From Vicugna vicugna (lineage: Eukaryota), in NCBI GenBank assembly GCA_013265495.1, contig MU058009.1, forward strand, positions 1,738,001 through 1,798,000: a stretch of DNA of 60,000 nt, given 5' to 3'. Positions 13,245 to 27,454 of this stretch are shown one piece after another. Position 1 is the stretch's first letter. Each line of letters opens with the position of its first letter. The notes beneath the pieces were generated by a model. That model had not been told where the DNA came from, did not search any database, and saw nothing but the letters and a program-made list of their open reading frames with translations. The position numbers and the translations under genes are program-made.

Positions 13245-13700
13245 TGATTATGCTTTCTGTTACAAGTTAAAGAATATCAAACTCAGAGTAGCTTAAACAA
13301 GGACAGGACTTTACGGCTAACATAGCTGAGAATGTTTGGTTATGGTTTAATCACGGCTCTGGCTTCAGTTCCTGCAAATAGGTTTTTGGGTTTTTTTTGT
13401 TTTTTTGTTTTTTGGTCTGTTTCTCTGTTTAGCTTCATCCCCAGATTGACTTCTTAACAACAAAATGGCTGCAGCGGCTCCAGGCTTCCCATCTTTATAA
13501 CACATCGGACAGAAGGAGAGAAGCACCTGTGCCACCCTGGACCAGCCTAGGATGCAGGCTTTCTTCCACCAACCCCTGTGGCTGGAGGACGCTGCTAGGT
13601 CATTTGTTCACAGCCAAACTAGAGATGCAGTCAGATTCCCTAGAACCACATGGGGCACCAAACAGAAATTCAGGGCTGTGTGAAATAGGTAAGGAGGGAA
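13245..13700 (-). mobile_element. Old MLT1 (J/K/L-like) LTR
   Basis: ctttctgttacaag...aactcagagtagcttaaacaa...aaaatggctgcagcggctccaggc. Confidence 0.6.
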
Positions 13701-13789
13701 AGGAAGCTTGACAGACATATCTGCTATAAACATTTTAAAGTAAAATACTTGCTTACCTAATTTAGAAGATTAAAAGCCACTATAATGCA

Positions 13790-15005
13790 GTAGAAAGGCA
13801 GTGGTACAAAACAAAGACGTCTCCTCTCTCCACTCCCTTTCAGCATCATGCTGGAAGTCCCTGCTAGTGCAATGAGGAAAGAAAAGGCATTGCAGATTGA
13901 GCGGAAGACATAAAACATGAAACGATCTCTTCACAGGTGACACAGGTGTAGAAAATCCAGAAGAATAAAAAAATGACTTCCAAAAAAAAAAAGAAAAGAC
14001 ATTATAGCAAGACTGTAAGGTTAATACACAAAAGTCAATTGCTTTTCTATACACCAACAATGAACAAGTCGAATTTAAAAGTAAAAACACAATCCTATTT
14101 CTGTTAGCATCCAAAAACCTGAAATACTTACATAAAAATCTAACAAAATAGATACAAGATCCGTGTGAGGAATATTCTAAAATTCTAATGAACAAACTCA
14201 GAGAAGAACCATATAAGTGGAGAGATATTCTTGGATAGAAAGACTCAATATTGTCAAGATGTCAGTCCTGACCAACTTGATCTATAGATTCAATGTGATG
14301 CCAATCAAAATCTCAGCAAGCGTTTGTATGGATATCAACAAACTGATTAGAAGGTTTACAGGGAAAGTCCAGAGACCCAGCATAGCCAAGACAATATTGG
14401 AGAGGAACAAAACTGGAGGACTGGCACCGCCTGACTTCAAGACTTACTATGAAGTTACAGTAATCAAGACAGTGTGGTATCAGCGAAAGAGTGACAAATA
14501 CATCAAAAGAACAGAATAGAGAGCTTAGAAGTAGACCCACGTAAGTGCAATCAACTGATCTTTGAGAAAGGAGTGATGGCAATTCAATGGTGAAGAGACA
14601 GTCTTTTCAACAAATGGTGCTGGAACAGCTGAACATCCATGTGCAAAAAAAAAAAAAAAAGGAATCTAGACACAGACCCTACACAAAACTAACTCAGGAT
14701 GGCTCGTAGCCCAACATGTAAAATCCAGAAGGTGTCACAGGGGAAAACCTAGCTGGCCTTGGGTCTGGGGACGCCTTCAGCTACAACGCCTGAAAGAAAG
14801 AAGATGAGCCAGGTTTCATTAAAATCAAAACCGTATGCTCAGGGAAGGACATAGCAAGATAATTAGAAGACAAACCACAAATTGGGGGGAAATAATACTT
14901 GCAGAAGTCACATCTGATAAAGGACTGTTATCCAAAATACAAAAGGAACTCTTAAAACTCAGCAACAAGAAAGCAACCTGATTTAAAAATGAGCCAAAAC
15001 CTTAA
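13790..15005 (+). mobile_element. Old LINE-1 ORF2 fragment
   Basis: SWIERLNIVKMSVL...GGLAPPDFKTYYEVTVIKTVWY motifs, degraded. Confidence 0.9.
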
Positions 15006-17214
15006 AATGGTCAGAGCAAAAGTGGGACAGGAGCCTCGTAAGATCACCCTCACAAACTAGTAACTCAGATCTGTTCTAAATACATAAAGAAAGAACTAGC
15101 TTTAACGCGCTGAAGCTACGTCACACCGTTTTATGGTTAGACCAGAAATGAGCTAACGGTGTGACACGCACGACACAGATGTGAAATATCATCACGCTAG
15201 AAGTCGGTGGTGAGTCAGTCTTCACTTGCTCACCAGACGTTTGCTCCGGATTTTCTAAAACGCAGGTGTCCGATGTCGACACGGCCACTGTGCAGAACCA
15301 TCAGTGCGCATTTTCACAAGGATCGCCGCCCTCCTCCACTATTCGAACAAAGGGCTGGGCAGCGTGGTAATTTACTCACCTTCTGAGCATCGTCAGGTCT
15401 AGGCAATTGTTAAAGTTAGCTCAACCCGGAAAAGAGAAGAACAATGAATAAAAGTGGCCTTCTCTTGGGATCAACATAAGGGGCAGGGGGTGTGGGAGAA
15501 CGACAGAGCAAAGAAATGTACATTTAGGGAAAGGCTCCGTCCGTGGCCAGGAGAAGGGCGTCCCCTGTGGAGGACACAGGCGAGATTACCACTGAAGTCT
15601 CCTTTTCTCCCCAGCCCCAGGCAGCGTGGGGCCCTAGGATGTGCCATTAAGCTTTTCCTCAAAGTCTTCACGAACTGACTCTCTCCACCCCCGACTTTCA
15701 TCCCAGTGAAAACTTTGCCTGGCATCGCAGCATCAGGGAAATTAACCTCAGAGGGGAAAATAAATTCTTACGTCTCGCCCCAACCCTCAGTAAGAATACC
15801 GTAGCTGTTTCTTGTGAGCACCGCAGTCTTGTTTGACAATATAATGAGATCTGGTTAAACAGATGAAAAATGCCTTAACCTGCATGTTTATCTCAACCCT
15901 GGCCACAGCTTTCGGCCCCCCTCCCAGGCGCTCCCTTCTCTGCGGAGAGAGTCAAGAACCTTTCCTTGCAGCCCGTGGCTCTGAGCTGGCATCTCGCGGC
16001 ACCACGCCCCTTCTGTAATAGCAGAAGGCAGGAGTTTCTGTCAGCGTGAATTTCCTGACGTGTACAGGCCGGGGTCATGATCTCAGTGGTGCCTGGGGGC
16101 AGTTTCTTCTGTCAAACGTCTGGAAGCGAATGAGAAGAGAAAGGGGAGAGTGACTGCAAGAAACCAGCAGGAGGAAGGTTGGCGAGTGACGCTCAGCAGT
16201 GCTCGTCTGGAGCTGGGCTGGATGGGGGGTGGCTGGGACCCCCACCAACAAGCAAACCCCAGGAGGCAGCCTCTCAAGGGTCTGGAGAACCAAGCTCACA
16301 GTCGAGACAACTCCTTTCACGTGTAATTCACGTGACCAGCTGGCCGTTCCTTCCAAGCCAAGCCTACAGAGAACACAGTGACAGGGGTCTGGGGAGCTGT
16401 CCCATTACTGCAGACAAGGTACGTACCCAGTCGGGATAACTCTGAATGAGAAGTGCCATTTGACACACGAATACATAGTGTGAGAAAGACTCTGACCCAC
16501 CCGACGCTTTCCAACCCATCTTCCCCAGGGTTTCGCCTTCTAGCCAGCTGTCTCTTTATCTCTCCCTCGCACAGATCCCTAACACTCAGCACATAGTATC
16601 ATACTTATCCATTTATGTGGCTTTTCCCCACCCGACCGAGCTCTTGAAAGCAAGGAATTATCTCCCACAGACCTTCACTCCCAGAGGATGCTCCACAGAA
16701 ACACATTAGTTGCAGTAAACCACTTATTTAATGAATAGAAAATGGCCATTTGAGAAAGAACAGGAAAAAGAAAACATAGCATAAGGGTAGCGCTTTGGGG
16801 CCTCCAGGAACCACTGCAAAACCAGGTGGTCGTGCACGTGTAACAGCCGTGCTTCCTGCCAATAAAGGGACTCCTTCCACCGTGATGCAGTGTCCCCGGC
16901 GCTTCACCGCTGCTGCCTGCCGCGGTGCCGGGCGGCATTGCCGCCCAGTTAAACCGCCTGTGCTTCCTCAGCTTGGACGTGATTTTAACGAAGGATTAAG
17001 TGATTTTCAAAAGCACCCTACGAGGTATAGAAAGATACCAGTGTAACTAGATTTTTCAACAGTTTGGTAGGAGAGAGTTAAGCAAATGTCTTTACCTGGT
17101 ATTGTACTGTCTTTCAGTGAGTCCCTTTACTTTAGAATACACTGTGCTGGACCCAGCCGGACTGGACTGGGTTGGATTGGATCGGATTGAAGCTGATATT
17201 TTCCAAGTGTTGCC

Positions 17215-17310
17215 TAGCCCAGCAGACGGTAAACTCCTAGAAGGCAAGGGAGGACCTTGGGTTTTTCCCTACCCAGGGCTTGGCACGCGGTAGTCACTCA
17301 ATATTTGCAG
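17215..17310 (+). mobile_element. LINE-2 3' end
   Basis: gtaaactcctagaaggcaaggg...ttggcacgcggtagtcactcaatatttg. Confidence 0.6.
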
Positions 17311-20300
17311 AATATAAAAGTAAGAGAGTTCTTTGGGAAGGAGCCCAAAAGAATCTAAGATCTACCTGTCACTTCTGTCTGGCTTCGCCCTCCTAGTAAG
17401 GTGGACGATATTGCTGTTTTTATTCTTAATTATGCTGAACATCGTCATTTAGAGGAAAACCATAAGCCTTAAGTTCCTCATGTGAAGGTTTTGTGTCTGT
17501 TTGTTTTGAGGGGTTTACTTTCTTTTTTAAGTGGGTGTAACGAAACGAACTCCAAAGGGCTGAGACCGTTCAAACCGCCTCCCGCAGACGGGAGCGCGCC
17601 CCGCTCCCCGGGAAGCCAGCCCTCAGCGGAGGCCGAGGCGCGGCGCGGAGCGGAGCAGAGGGAGGCCAACAGGGTGCGATGCAACACTGACGAGAATAAA
17701 GGAGACCCATGCCACCATCTTTCCCCCTCGACGCGGTTTCCACAACGTTAGGATCGACAGAAAGCTGCAATTTCCCCCCAAAATTGAGATGTCCCCTTTA
17801 AAATGATCTCTCTGGTTATCACTGGGGCAGCTTGTGTCTCAAGGGTCATTAACCTTCCACCCTGCACCCCTCATCCTGGGCTCCGGGAGTGTCTGCCTAA
17901 GAGAGTAGCTTCCAGAGGGGGTCAGTGTTCCCTCTTAGGAGCCCCCAGAGCAAATGACTGAACAGATTAGGACGGATTAGACAGATAACAATTCAGACCC
18001 TTTTACAAGCACATTTTTCACTCGACACTCAAATTCCCTTCTGTGCCCCGTAGTCTCACACAACCCAACGACTGGATAGTATTACTGAAATATCTTTGCC
18101 CCAGCCGAGTGCGTGGAACTGTGCAAAGCCAGATGTTCTTGTAACCCTGTTTTACTGAGTTATTTATATCCATATAATATTTGACATTTCCTGTGTTGTT
18201 AAAGAGTTGGGGGCCCTTGACGTATTTTTAAGAGAACAGTGCCGACTTTTCATTTTTTTTCTTTGATGCCCTGGACCAGAAATAAGTAATATAAAGAGAG
18301 GCTGTATTAAACAGATGTTTAGATATCTCAAGTCAACCTTGTTTTAATGCCTTTCATCTTAAATGATCTTCATGAACAGAAAGATGCGAGAGTCAATGAA
18401 TATACGAAGTACACACCTATGGGCCTGAAATAAGTCAGCCAACAGAGAAAGAAAAAATGTTAATAAATATACAAAATATATAAAAATAAAAAATACAATC
18501 CATATTTCTAAGACTAAACTCTATGGAGTATTGATGTATGAAGTATATCCTCTCTGAACAGATACAGAAAGGGCTAATTAAAAATTTTCCAAGCATAGGA
18601 AAGTGTTAGCTCGAAGACTTCTCTAGCTAAATGAAATAATGGAAACTTTATAGAGTTAAAAGTATTTGGTTGATGCTAAGTGGTAAGAATACTTAAACTG
18701 TACCTGAAATTTGGTATCAGAGAAGGTAATCATTCTTTTTCTTTGTTTATTGTAAGGATCCACTCACAAACTCTCCTTTTTTATTTCTAAGATCTCCAAA
18801 TTTTTAAAAAGCTTTCTCCTTTACAGGATGTGACAGGGAGGGGTCCTGGTTTATCATTCTTGATAACTTTGACTGTTCCACCCTGAGAGCAAAAGTCATA
18901 GAAAAACAGAGAAAAAATAAGTGAATTATTTGAGGTCTCTGGTCTTCAGAGCTGCTTTATAAACTTCTTCAAAACTCCCCACACTCATTTTTTTGTTTGT
19001 TTTCGTGTGTGTTTAAGATCCGCTTCCTTTCCTGAAGGCAGAGGAGATGTGTATATAACCTTGTGCAGAGAAACTTCCAAAACACCTTCTGCCTTCCACT
19101 GTGTCTTGTTCACCCCACCCTGTACCCTCCTTCACTCTCCGAAGCTGAGGACTTTCCTGACAAACCCAATCCTTCCCACCAATTTAAGGAAACAAGATGC
19201 CACGGCCGGCTGGTGCCTATCTGACCACACGAAGCCTGCCCGCTCCAGTGCAGTGGGCAAATCCCTTGCAAATCCTCTAAGCTGTGATAAGTCTCTAGTC
19301 TTCAAATAGTGGACAGATCCTCTTGAAACACACAGGTCAGGACGGCCCTCAGGGTACCGGCTGGCTCATTTGTGTCATCAATTTCCCGGCCCTTTACCAC
19401 TGATTCTAACAAATTCTGCACTGAACTGTATCAGGGCAGTCTCACTGCTCCCTTGGGATTGGGAGTCCAGCTCGGGACCCGTGACCAGGGTTCTCACCAG
19501 CTCTGCATCTCCCAGACTCTTCTAGACCCTAGTTAGCCTACTAGTCTCTGGCTCCCGAGTCAAGATCTTCTTTGCCCACCTCCTGAATTCTTGGCATTTT
19601 TCCTTCTCCTCGTAGTCCACACACTGCTCTTTTCCTTAAAAAATTCTCTGGATGTTTCGTCTCATTCAACATATGTTGTCTGTTTTTGCTTCTTTACTAT
19701 TTATGCCAGAACCTTCTCCCCATGACTACTGACAACCTCTGTCCAACTCTAGAAAATCTCCCACCAGGAGGCAACTCAGTTCACTGGGACAACAGTGACA
19801 AGCTGCTGGCCTAGGCATTTAGGAAGGGATGGAATTCTGTTCACAGTCTCCTCCTACTGGCCTTCAAATTCACTCACCCGGTATATTCCTATGGAAGCCT
19901 TTCCTTCTCTGAAGTAGAATCTGAGCACCACACACAACCTTCTGTTTCACTAGGCTGCTTCTTACGGAACAAAGACTCAAGTCCAAGAGGTTTCCCTCCA
20001 AAAAACTCAAATCTGAGAGATATTTCTCCAGAAAGTCTAGCCCTTTCTTCAAAGACATCAGTTGATTCACCTAGTTGCAGCCTGGAGTTTATGAAACGAA
20101 AGTCCAAGGGTTGACTCTGGGGTGGGGAAGTTCATTTCGCATAAAGACTTTCACAGTCACAAGTAATACCAGCAACCTAGCAGCTTCTCCAAGAAAACTG
20201 GACTACTGGACGTGGATGACTTAAGGCAATCCACCAGCACCACATGGAAAACAGCAAACAAAAATATGCTACTAAGGTTGGTAGTATAAATGTGAGAACC

Positions 20301-21573
20301 ATATGTTCAAGTCTAAAGAAAGATATTTATCCAGACAATGGAGAGAAAGAATGATGTAAATTCTGGGAGCGTTAGAAGACATCTCTGTAGAGCATCACAG
20401 ATTCTAACATATTAGAAATAAATGTAAACACGAAAACAGAGGCAACGGATCTAGCACTGTGTCTGTCTTATAATAAGCACTCTGTAACTCATAGCTAGAA
20501 TCAGTATGGTTATTATATGAGGTAGAGTCTCATCATCAAATAAAGAAATGGAGGTGCCCTCTGCCAAGCCAGAACCACCTCTCCTTCCTCCTGCCCCTAA
20601 TCTCTACTCTCAGAGCAAAGACGGTTTATTAGACTGGTCAGAACAGCCACCATTCAGCCCCCAGTTCCGAGCATAACATTCAGAAAAGTTTAAAAAGCAA
20701 ACACCCAGTCACCAGATGTCTTTAACATCTGGCTAAACCCATAAAACTATCCTCTACCACCACCACCTCCTTCCTCACGCCAAAGCGTAGAGGGGGCAGA
20801 AAGACGTATGAAATCTCTGATGTCGTGAAATAAGATCTCAACATATTCGTCTTTGTCATTTTTTTCTCTCTTTGTGGTGTGTCCTGACTCTCTCCTTGTT
20901 ATTCAGAGGAATCCACATGGCTGTAAGGAAAATTTCGACTTCTATAGCAAGAAAATTAAAAGAGAAGAAATTCTAATATGCTGTTCTTTTTACAGTTCTA
21001 ACCTGAGCTCCTACAAATCAAAAGGGAAGGTCCTAAGAGTAACAGGAAATAATGTGTCACCGAAATGCATAAACCAGGAGGAGAAGGAAGCGATCAGAGC
21101 CTTTACCATAAAGAGACCTGGTGATGGTTACCTGGGTTGGCAGGAGAGATGAAAAGGTGCCAAGGTCAGAACCTGGGAACGGGTCAGGGGTCAAGACGAC
21201 AGAATGAAACCTGAGGGCGTAAGGAGGACAGGGAGACAGTCAAGCATCAACAGAAACTACCTACACGAGGGCCCCCAGTAGAGCTGAAGAAAACCTGAAG
21301 ACTGTCCCTCTTTGTTCAGAAAGTCATGTCAGTTGACCTCAACTCTTTGGGGCAAATGCCTTCCCCCGTCAGTTTCTCGCAGAAGACCTGTGTCTCCTCC
21401 AGCAGGACACCTGCCCAGGCTCCAAGACTCTGCTGAGCCTGAGAGTGGGTATCCAACTGTGAGCGTTCCGGGCCACTCACACAGATCCACAGAGGAGGAA
21501 GGGTGGCCTGACCCCTAACCACGCAGGGACGGTTTGGAAAGATCTCAGCATGGGACCGCAGGTACGTCTAGAC

Positions 21574-21811
21574 CGGGTGTCCCCACCTCGGCACTCTCCC
21601 ATGTGGGGCTGGGTGGTGCTCTGTTACGGGGGCTGCCCAGGCTCTTCAGGGTGCTGAGCAGCCTCCCTGGGCTCTCCCCACTAGATGCCAGCAGCACATC
21701 ACCACCGTGACAATTTGATCATCGTCATGGTGACAATCAAATGTCTCCAGATGTTGCCAAGTCCCCTGTGGGAGTGAAGGGGACAGAACTGTCCCCATGT
21801 GAGAACTGCTG
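21574..21811. mobile_element. MER20 hAT-Charlie element
   Basis: cccactagatgccagcagca...aaatgtctccagatgttgccaa...gagaactgctg. 8-bp TSD gtctagac (21566) / gtcttgac (21812). Confidence 0.85.
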
Positions 21812-22764
21812 GTCTTGACAGCAAGGAGGCCCTCCTTACGCTGTCCCATGCCCACCTTCAGCATTTCAGCGCAAGGGGCTAAATTACTTACAGCTGTGAT
21901 GTGTGACCCGCAAGCCACTATCTCAGCCATCTCCATCAGCGCTTGTAACAGTCTCAAAATATTTCAAGCACCGACTACTTCCATTAATACTCCAACACAC
22001 ACACACACACACACACGCACACACACACTGCCTTACAGAGGGGTGGTGAAAACAACTCGAGCACAAACTATTTTACAAGAGCAGTGAGTCAGTCCAGTGG
22101 TTATTGTGAAGGCGAGATCTGCATTGGCTTAAGGACTTAGGGAACAGAAACAGGAAGCCAGATCATGACCAAATAAATGGTAAGACAGTGAACATGGGAA
22201 CAAGCCAAGTGCAGGGCTGGGGACTGGCGGCAATTTTTGTGGAATTGACAAGTTCTCGAACACGTGCTTGAGCAACTGGCGTTATCCTCAGATACTCCCT
22301 AGTAAGCGCCCCCACTTTCCAGATGTATAATATTGAAAAATTAATTTTTCTAATGCTTTTTCGTCATCTGGAAAACGGGGACGTGATAACGTCCTGTACG
22401 GGACTGCAATGCAGATTAAAGGAGCGAAGTTGTTGAAGCAGTTAGCCAGGAGCTGACACAGACTCGTCTCTCAGTACAGTTAGCCACTGTCTTTTCATTA
22501 GGGTGGAATAATAGAGCTGAACTGACAGAGGATGCCAATAACACGTTACATATCACGCGGTGGAGCTCTGACTTAACTGATCCACACTCAGCCCAGCGAC
22601 ACAGATGCAGAGATGGTCACACCCCTTTGACACGGGAGTCAAGCATCTTGCTCCCGGGCACACGGCCAGTGCATGGTTGTCTGAGGCACCAGGCTAGACC
22701 CCTGAGCCCCTCCCTGGGTCCTCTTTCAGCAGGCCGCTCTACACCATGCTAAGAGTCTACACCT

Positions 22765-23130
22765 CTAGATCAGTTAGGACGGCATCAACTCACTTGAATG
22801 GCTTAAACAATAGGCATTTTATTTGCTCATATAACTGGGTGTCCAGAGGTTGGGCAGTTGCCAAGAACCAGGAGACAGGAGTCTGGCTACATTACCCCGA
22901 GATTCTCTCAAGCTGCCTTCCTCTGGGCGTCAGCCTTGTTCTCAGGGCCACTTCCCTTATGGTCTTAAAAAGGCCACCAGCAGAAAATGAGGAGGAAAGA
23001 GAGGACATGGCTATGTACTGCTCTTCTTAAAAGTGAGAAAGAATGTCCCCAGGAGTCTCTGCTATCTTTGCCCCAAACGGAATAAGGTCACGTGACCACT
23101 CCTGAGCCAGTCAGGAGTTCAAGGATGTGT
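22765..23130 (-). mobile_element. Old MLT1-like LTR
   Basis: tggcttaaacaataggcatttttatttgctcatataactg...ggtcacgtgaccactcctgagccagtca. Confidence 0.6.
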
Positions 23131-26100
23131 TCAAGGATGGAACCACCCTGTAGTCAAATCACGGCCCATCCCTGGAGCAGAGGGTGGCTCGACAGCCCCT
23201 GAGAAACCCAGACAGTGCCAGAAAGAGCATGCACCATGGCAAGATTCACTCGGGAAGGAAGGAGGAGGAACAGGAAGGCAGGTAGGCAGTCATCCAACCT
23301 TTTATGATCCAAGACTTAAAGCTTCCTACTGGGAGCATCATTCAGCTTCTATTTTCCCTGGGGTGACCACCTCCTCCCCTCCAAAAGAAAAAAAAAAGTT
23401 TTTAATAATTCTAATAAATCCCTCAACAAGGAAGCGAGCTTGGAGGAGAGTTCTCTGCAACTTGCTGGAATCACATACCCCCGAGCATCTCCTAGAGACA
23501 TTTATCAAAAACTGGAGAAGCAACGAGTCTGAAGGAAGAACAGCTAAATGCGTGAAATCTTCAAAAAGATGACAATTACATGGAGCTGAAATTCCAAACA
23601 CGCAGCCAACCCCCAACTGCTTCATGGTCCTTCTTGTCGTTTAATTTGCTCCAAGTAACCAAAAAGCGGCTCTCCAGCCTCAGTTTGTTATTTAACACGT
23701 CGCAGAGAAGTTGGCTGGCCAGCTTTTTACAAATGGTTCCTCTTCTGAAACGTCATAAATCCTTAGCACGTCTTCAAGTGTTGGGTTTACTCTTTGTTTC
23801 CACGTTTTAGCAGCAGCTGATCCACAGAGAGCGCCTTGTAACGGTCTGAAGATGTCCCTTGAGAACAGGGATGAGGAGCTGAGAAACCCTTCCCGGCGTG
23901 CCGAGGACAAATGGCTACTAGGAAATGCTTTCCTCATGGGTTTGGGGCTTAGGTTGAATCCGGTGCTGAAAGCTGCTGGTGGAAGGCAGAGAGAGGCAGT
24001 CCTGTGGAAGCAGAGAGGAGAGAGCATTTTTACAGGTTGAAGAAGAAAAGAGACGAGAGAAGCAGGGAACTGATGAATCCGCACTGGGGTGGGAGGTGCC
24101 GCTCCAGGAGCAGCGGGAACCCTCCAGGTGCCTGCAGGCCACCAGCTCCCCTGGCCCGTGCCCCACCCCGCCCCATCCAAGCACAGGGTCCCAAGCCCTC
24201 ACCCACTCCCAGGTGAGCCCTAAGAAATTGCATCACCAAGAGGAAAGATCAGCAGCCTGGGAAGGCTGATCTTATAGTTTCAATAAGTCAGCCGCCCATT
24301 AAGTTCTCCCCAAATCCCCGCAAATGACACCTCTACTGTCACCTCCACTCTTTCAGGCACTAACCATTCAACCAGCACGTCTAGAGCCACAACCTCCAGA
24401 AACTCAGCCACCAACTCAAATGTCCACGAGCCAAGGAACCCACACTGAAGGGCAAAGGGGGTGGCCACAGAGCAGAAAGAAGCAGCTGCTCACTGGGGAG
24501 ATTCTTCCAGCCCACGTTTCGCTCGCGGGGGGACCTGCGGGTAGCCCTTGGGTGCAGGGCTGGGGTGCGAGGTTCCGGGGGAGACTTCACAGCCTGCCCA
24601 TCCAGGCGGAGCAGCTCCTTTCGCTCCACACATGTACTCACTAAGTTATGCGAGCTCGAGCCTTCTGTTTCTGTTTATTTGTCTTGCATTGTGTTGTTTT
24701 ATTAACCAGAAACTTGAAAAGGAGGATTTCTTTGTTGTGTTGCCATTTGGCAGAAGACTAGAGGTTACAGTAGCAAACAGAGCCTAAACAATTTTTTTTT
24801 AAAATCTCAATGAAATTTCCTTCCAGAGAGGAAACCTCTGTCCACTTCCCTGTCTCCCGTTGAACCTCTGAAGGACTTCCCGCACCTTACCTTCAAATAA
24901 CAGAACCCTAGCCAACGAAAATGGAAAAACGTAAATTTTTGCACGTAAAACAAAAAATCAGAGGGTGTAGACAGGCCTGTGTCAACAGGGTATTTTTAGC
25001 TATCAGTGAATTTTTAGAATCAAGTTTTAAAGCATGGTTCTCTGCACATGGACCTGGGATGTGCTTTTTAGGAACTCTGCTACCCATGATGATCTGCACC
25101 TCATTTTCAGCAGTGGATAATATCCCCACTTAAAAGACTGGGAAAACAGAGGCCCAAGTGGAGGGAGAGTGATCAGCACTAGTTTCCAGGGATTGAACGA
25201 CAGAGCTGACTGTCCAGACAGGATAATTTCTTGATAACCCCAGCTTCCATCATTCCTGATTTCCATTTCTCAGTATTAGCTCCTTGGCTCCCTCCCTAGA
25301 ATTAAATACTGCCCCTTTGTGGTGCATTACTTTTTGTCTTTCTCCATCACAGACTGACTTCCTCATCCTTAAGCTCAAAAAAGAAAAAGGAAAAAAAAAA
25401 AAGTACAGAAGGATAACTTCTGCAAGGTTCTCAGAATCTCTCTCCCGGATCCTAACAGAATGGTTTTAAAACCGAGGGTGACAGTGAGTGACGGGCTCTG
25501 GCCCCGCCCCTTGGCCAGCAGAGGAGATGAACGCGGCAGCTCAGTTTTCCCTCTGTTTCCCTCAGCAGTCACGGGTGGCTAAGTCTCAACGATCAAGCCG
25601 TGGCCGTTAGAGGCAGGAAATGGACTCGGAGAAGAGAGACGTAGACTTACCCACCATGGAGAGCCCGGGGTGCTTCACGCTCTTCCAGGTCCCAAAGTGC
25701 CACCGGGTTTGCAGCTGAACAAGTCTCCAGGGCTCACGGTGTCCCACCCACTGCATCTCCTGGACTCTGTGGACCTGTATCTGGATCCCTGCGCACGGAT
25801 GCTACCCAGTCACTGCTGACGGGCTGTCCTCAGCTTCCTGAAAACCTGACTCCATCAGGGCAAGGAAATGCCCCAGACTTTGAGCTGAGAATCAGGGGGT
25901 GTGGGGTTCCAGACTTGCTCCTAATTAAGTAAAACATCTTAATGCAGATCGCTTCACCTTTGTCCCCAGCTACGACGTGGTGTGGATCTGAAGGTGGAAG
26001 GACAGAGCCCTGTGCAGGCAGTGATGGAGATAACTTTTATCGACACCGTTCATTCAGAGGTTCTTTTCTGCGGCTGGTGCTGCCTTTGATCGAATATTAG

Positions 26101-26669
26101 CACCTGTAGGATGGCGCTCACCCAGCTAAACGGTGAGAATTCGGGGCTCCAGAACAGCAGCTCCTCCTGCAATCGTGCAACAGTGGTGAGAGAGTAAAAA
26201 AGCAACTAAACAAGATCGTTTATCGACTAAACTAGATAAACTTCTAAAGCCAAACACAGCTCACTGTTCAACCCACCACAATGGGTGTGTGTGTGCGCAC
26301 GCACGTGCGCATGTGTGTGTGCTTATAAACTGGACAGGGCTTGCTTACGTTAGTAATTAGTTGAAGAATGCTATTAGATTATCATGCAGTCTATCTCTGT
26401 TTAAAAATGAGTCAGCATTCAGTCCCTCCTGCCTTTGGTTTTTCTGATAAACGACAATTTATGAATAATGCATTCTTTGCATGTAGACTGATTTCAATGG
26501 AAATAATTTAGTAAATTTTTTATTACAAGTTTTTTCCAGGCATGTTACTACATTTCAGAATAGATACGCTTTGGTAACTTCAGCTACTGAATTCTTTAGA
26601 ACCAAATTTCATTAATTATAACAAAAAGTATTATAGTTTTGAAGATAAGAAGTTCTTTATTCATATAGC

Positions 26670-26905
26670 TAATGATTATCGAGGAGTAAATTCCAGGTAC
26701 TATGCTAAGTATGTTAACACAAAAATTAATTTAATCTTTACTAGAACCTTTGGAGAAACTTGCTACTACTGTCCTTACTTCAATGATGGAAAAGCCTCAG
26801 CTTAGGAAAGTTCAGTAACTGTCAAGGTCATGCAGTCAGGGTCCAGCAGACCCATTACCCAAGCCTAGACCTGCTTGACCCAAAGCTGGGATCTTAATCA
26901 CCACT
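26670..26905 (-). mobile_element. MIR
   Basis: ccaggtactatgctaag...aaggtcatgcag...gatcttaatcacca. Confidence 0.7.
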
Positions 26906-27454
26906 GGATGTGTCCTCGCTGTAGTGTTGGCAATGGTAGCTTAATTACAATTGCTAAATCATTCCTGACAGCCCTATTAGTCAATCCAACTTTTTCAAGC
27001 CCTTCATAGATGCTCAAATTTCAACACATCTTTCTTTTTCAAGGAATTTTCCAGCAAGGGAAGAAAAGGAGATCCTTTTTTAAAAGAAAAGATCCTTCTT
27101 TTTAATTGAAAATGTAATAAAGACATAAGCACAAATAAGTCTTCTGTATGTACAGTATTTCGTGATTGTTCACATCTCACTTTGGAGACCTGTTACCTTC
27201 AATCCCTTAATAATCCAGGGGAAATTTATCTTCACGTTTTGAGTCTCAGGACTGACCCGTTTATGTGATGTTGAATATTGATATTTGTGGCTCATCTCAG
27301 CCATTAGTGACACAGTTGAAAAAGTAGGAGTATGCGGTCAAACGCAGCAATAAAGAGCAGTATTGTGGGTACAAATTCTTTATAAGCTGCAGCTCAAGTT
27401 TTCACATTGTGTTGAGACGTCAGTTCCCTCAGTGGCATTGGCAAGAGGTTAGGT

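Noticed and set aside
19878..20070. Possible minus-strand exon (donor CGG|GTGAGT, acceptor at 20071)
   Set aside because: Weak polypyrimidine tract, unrecognisable peptide and no partner exons identified.
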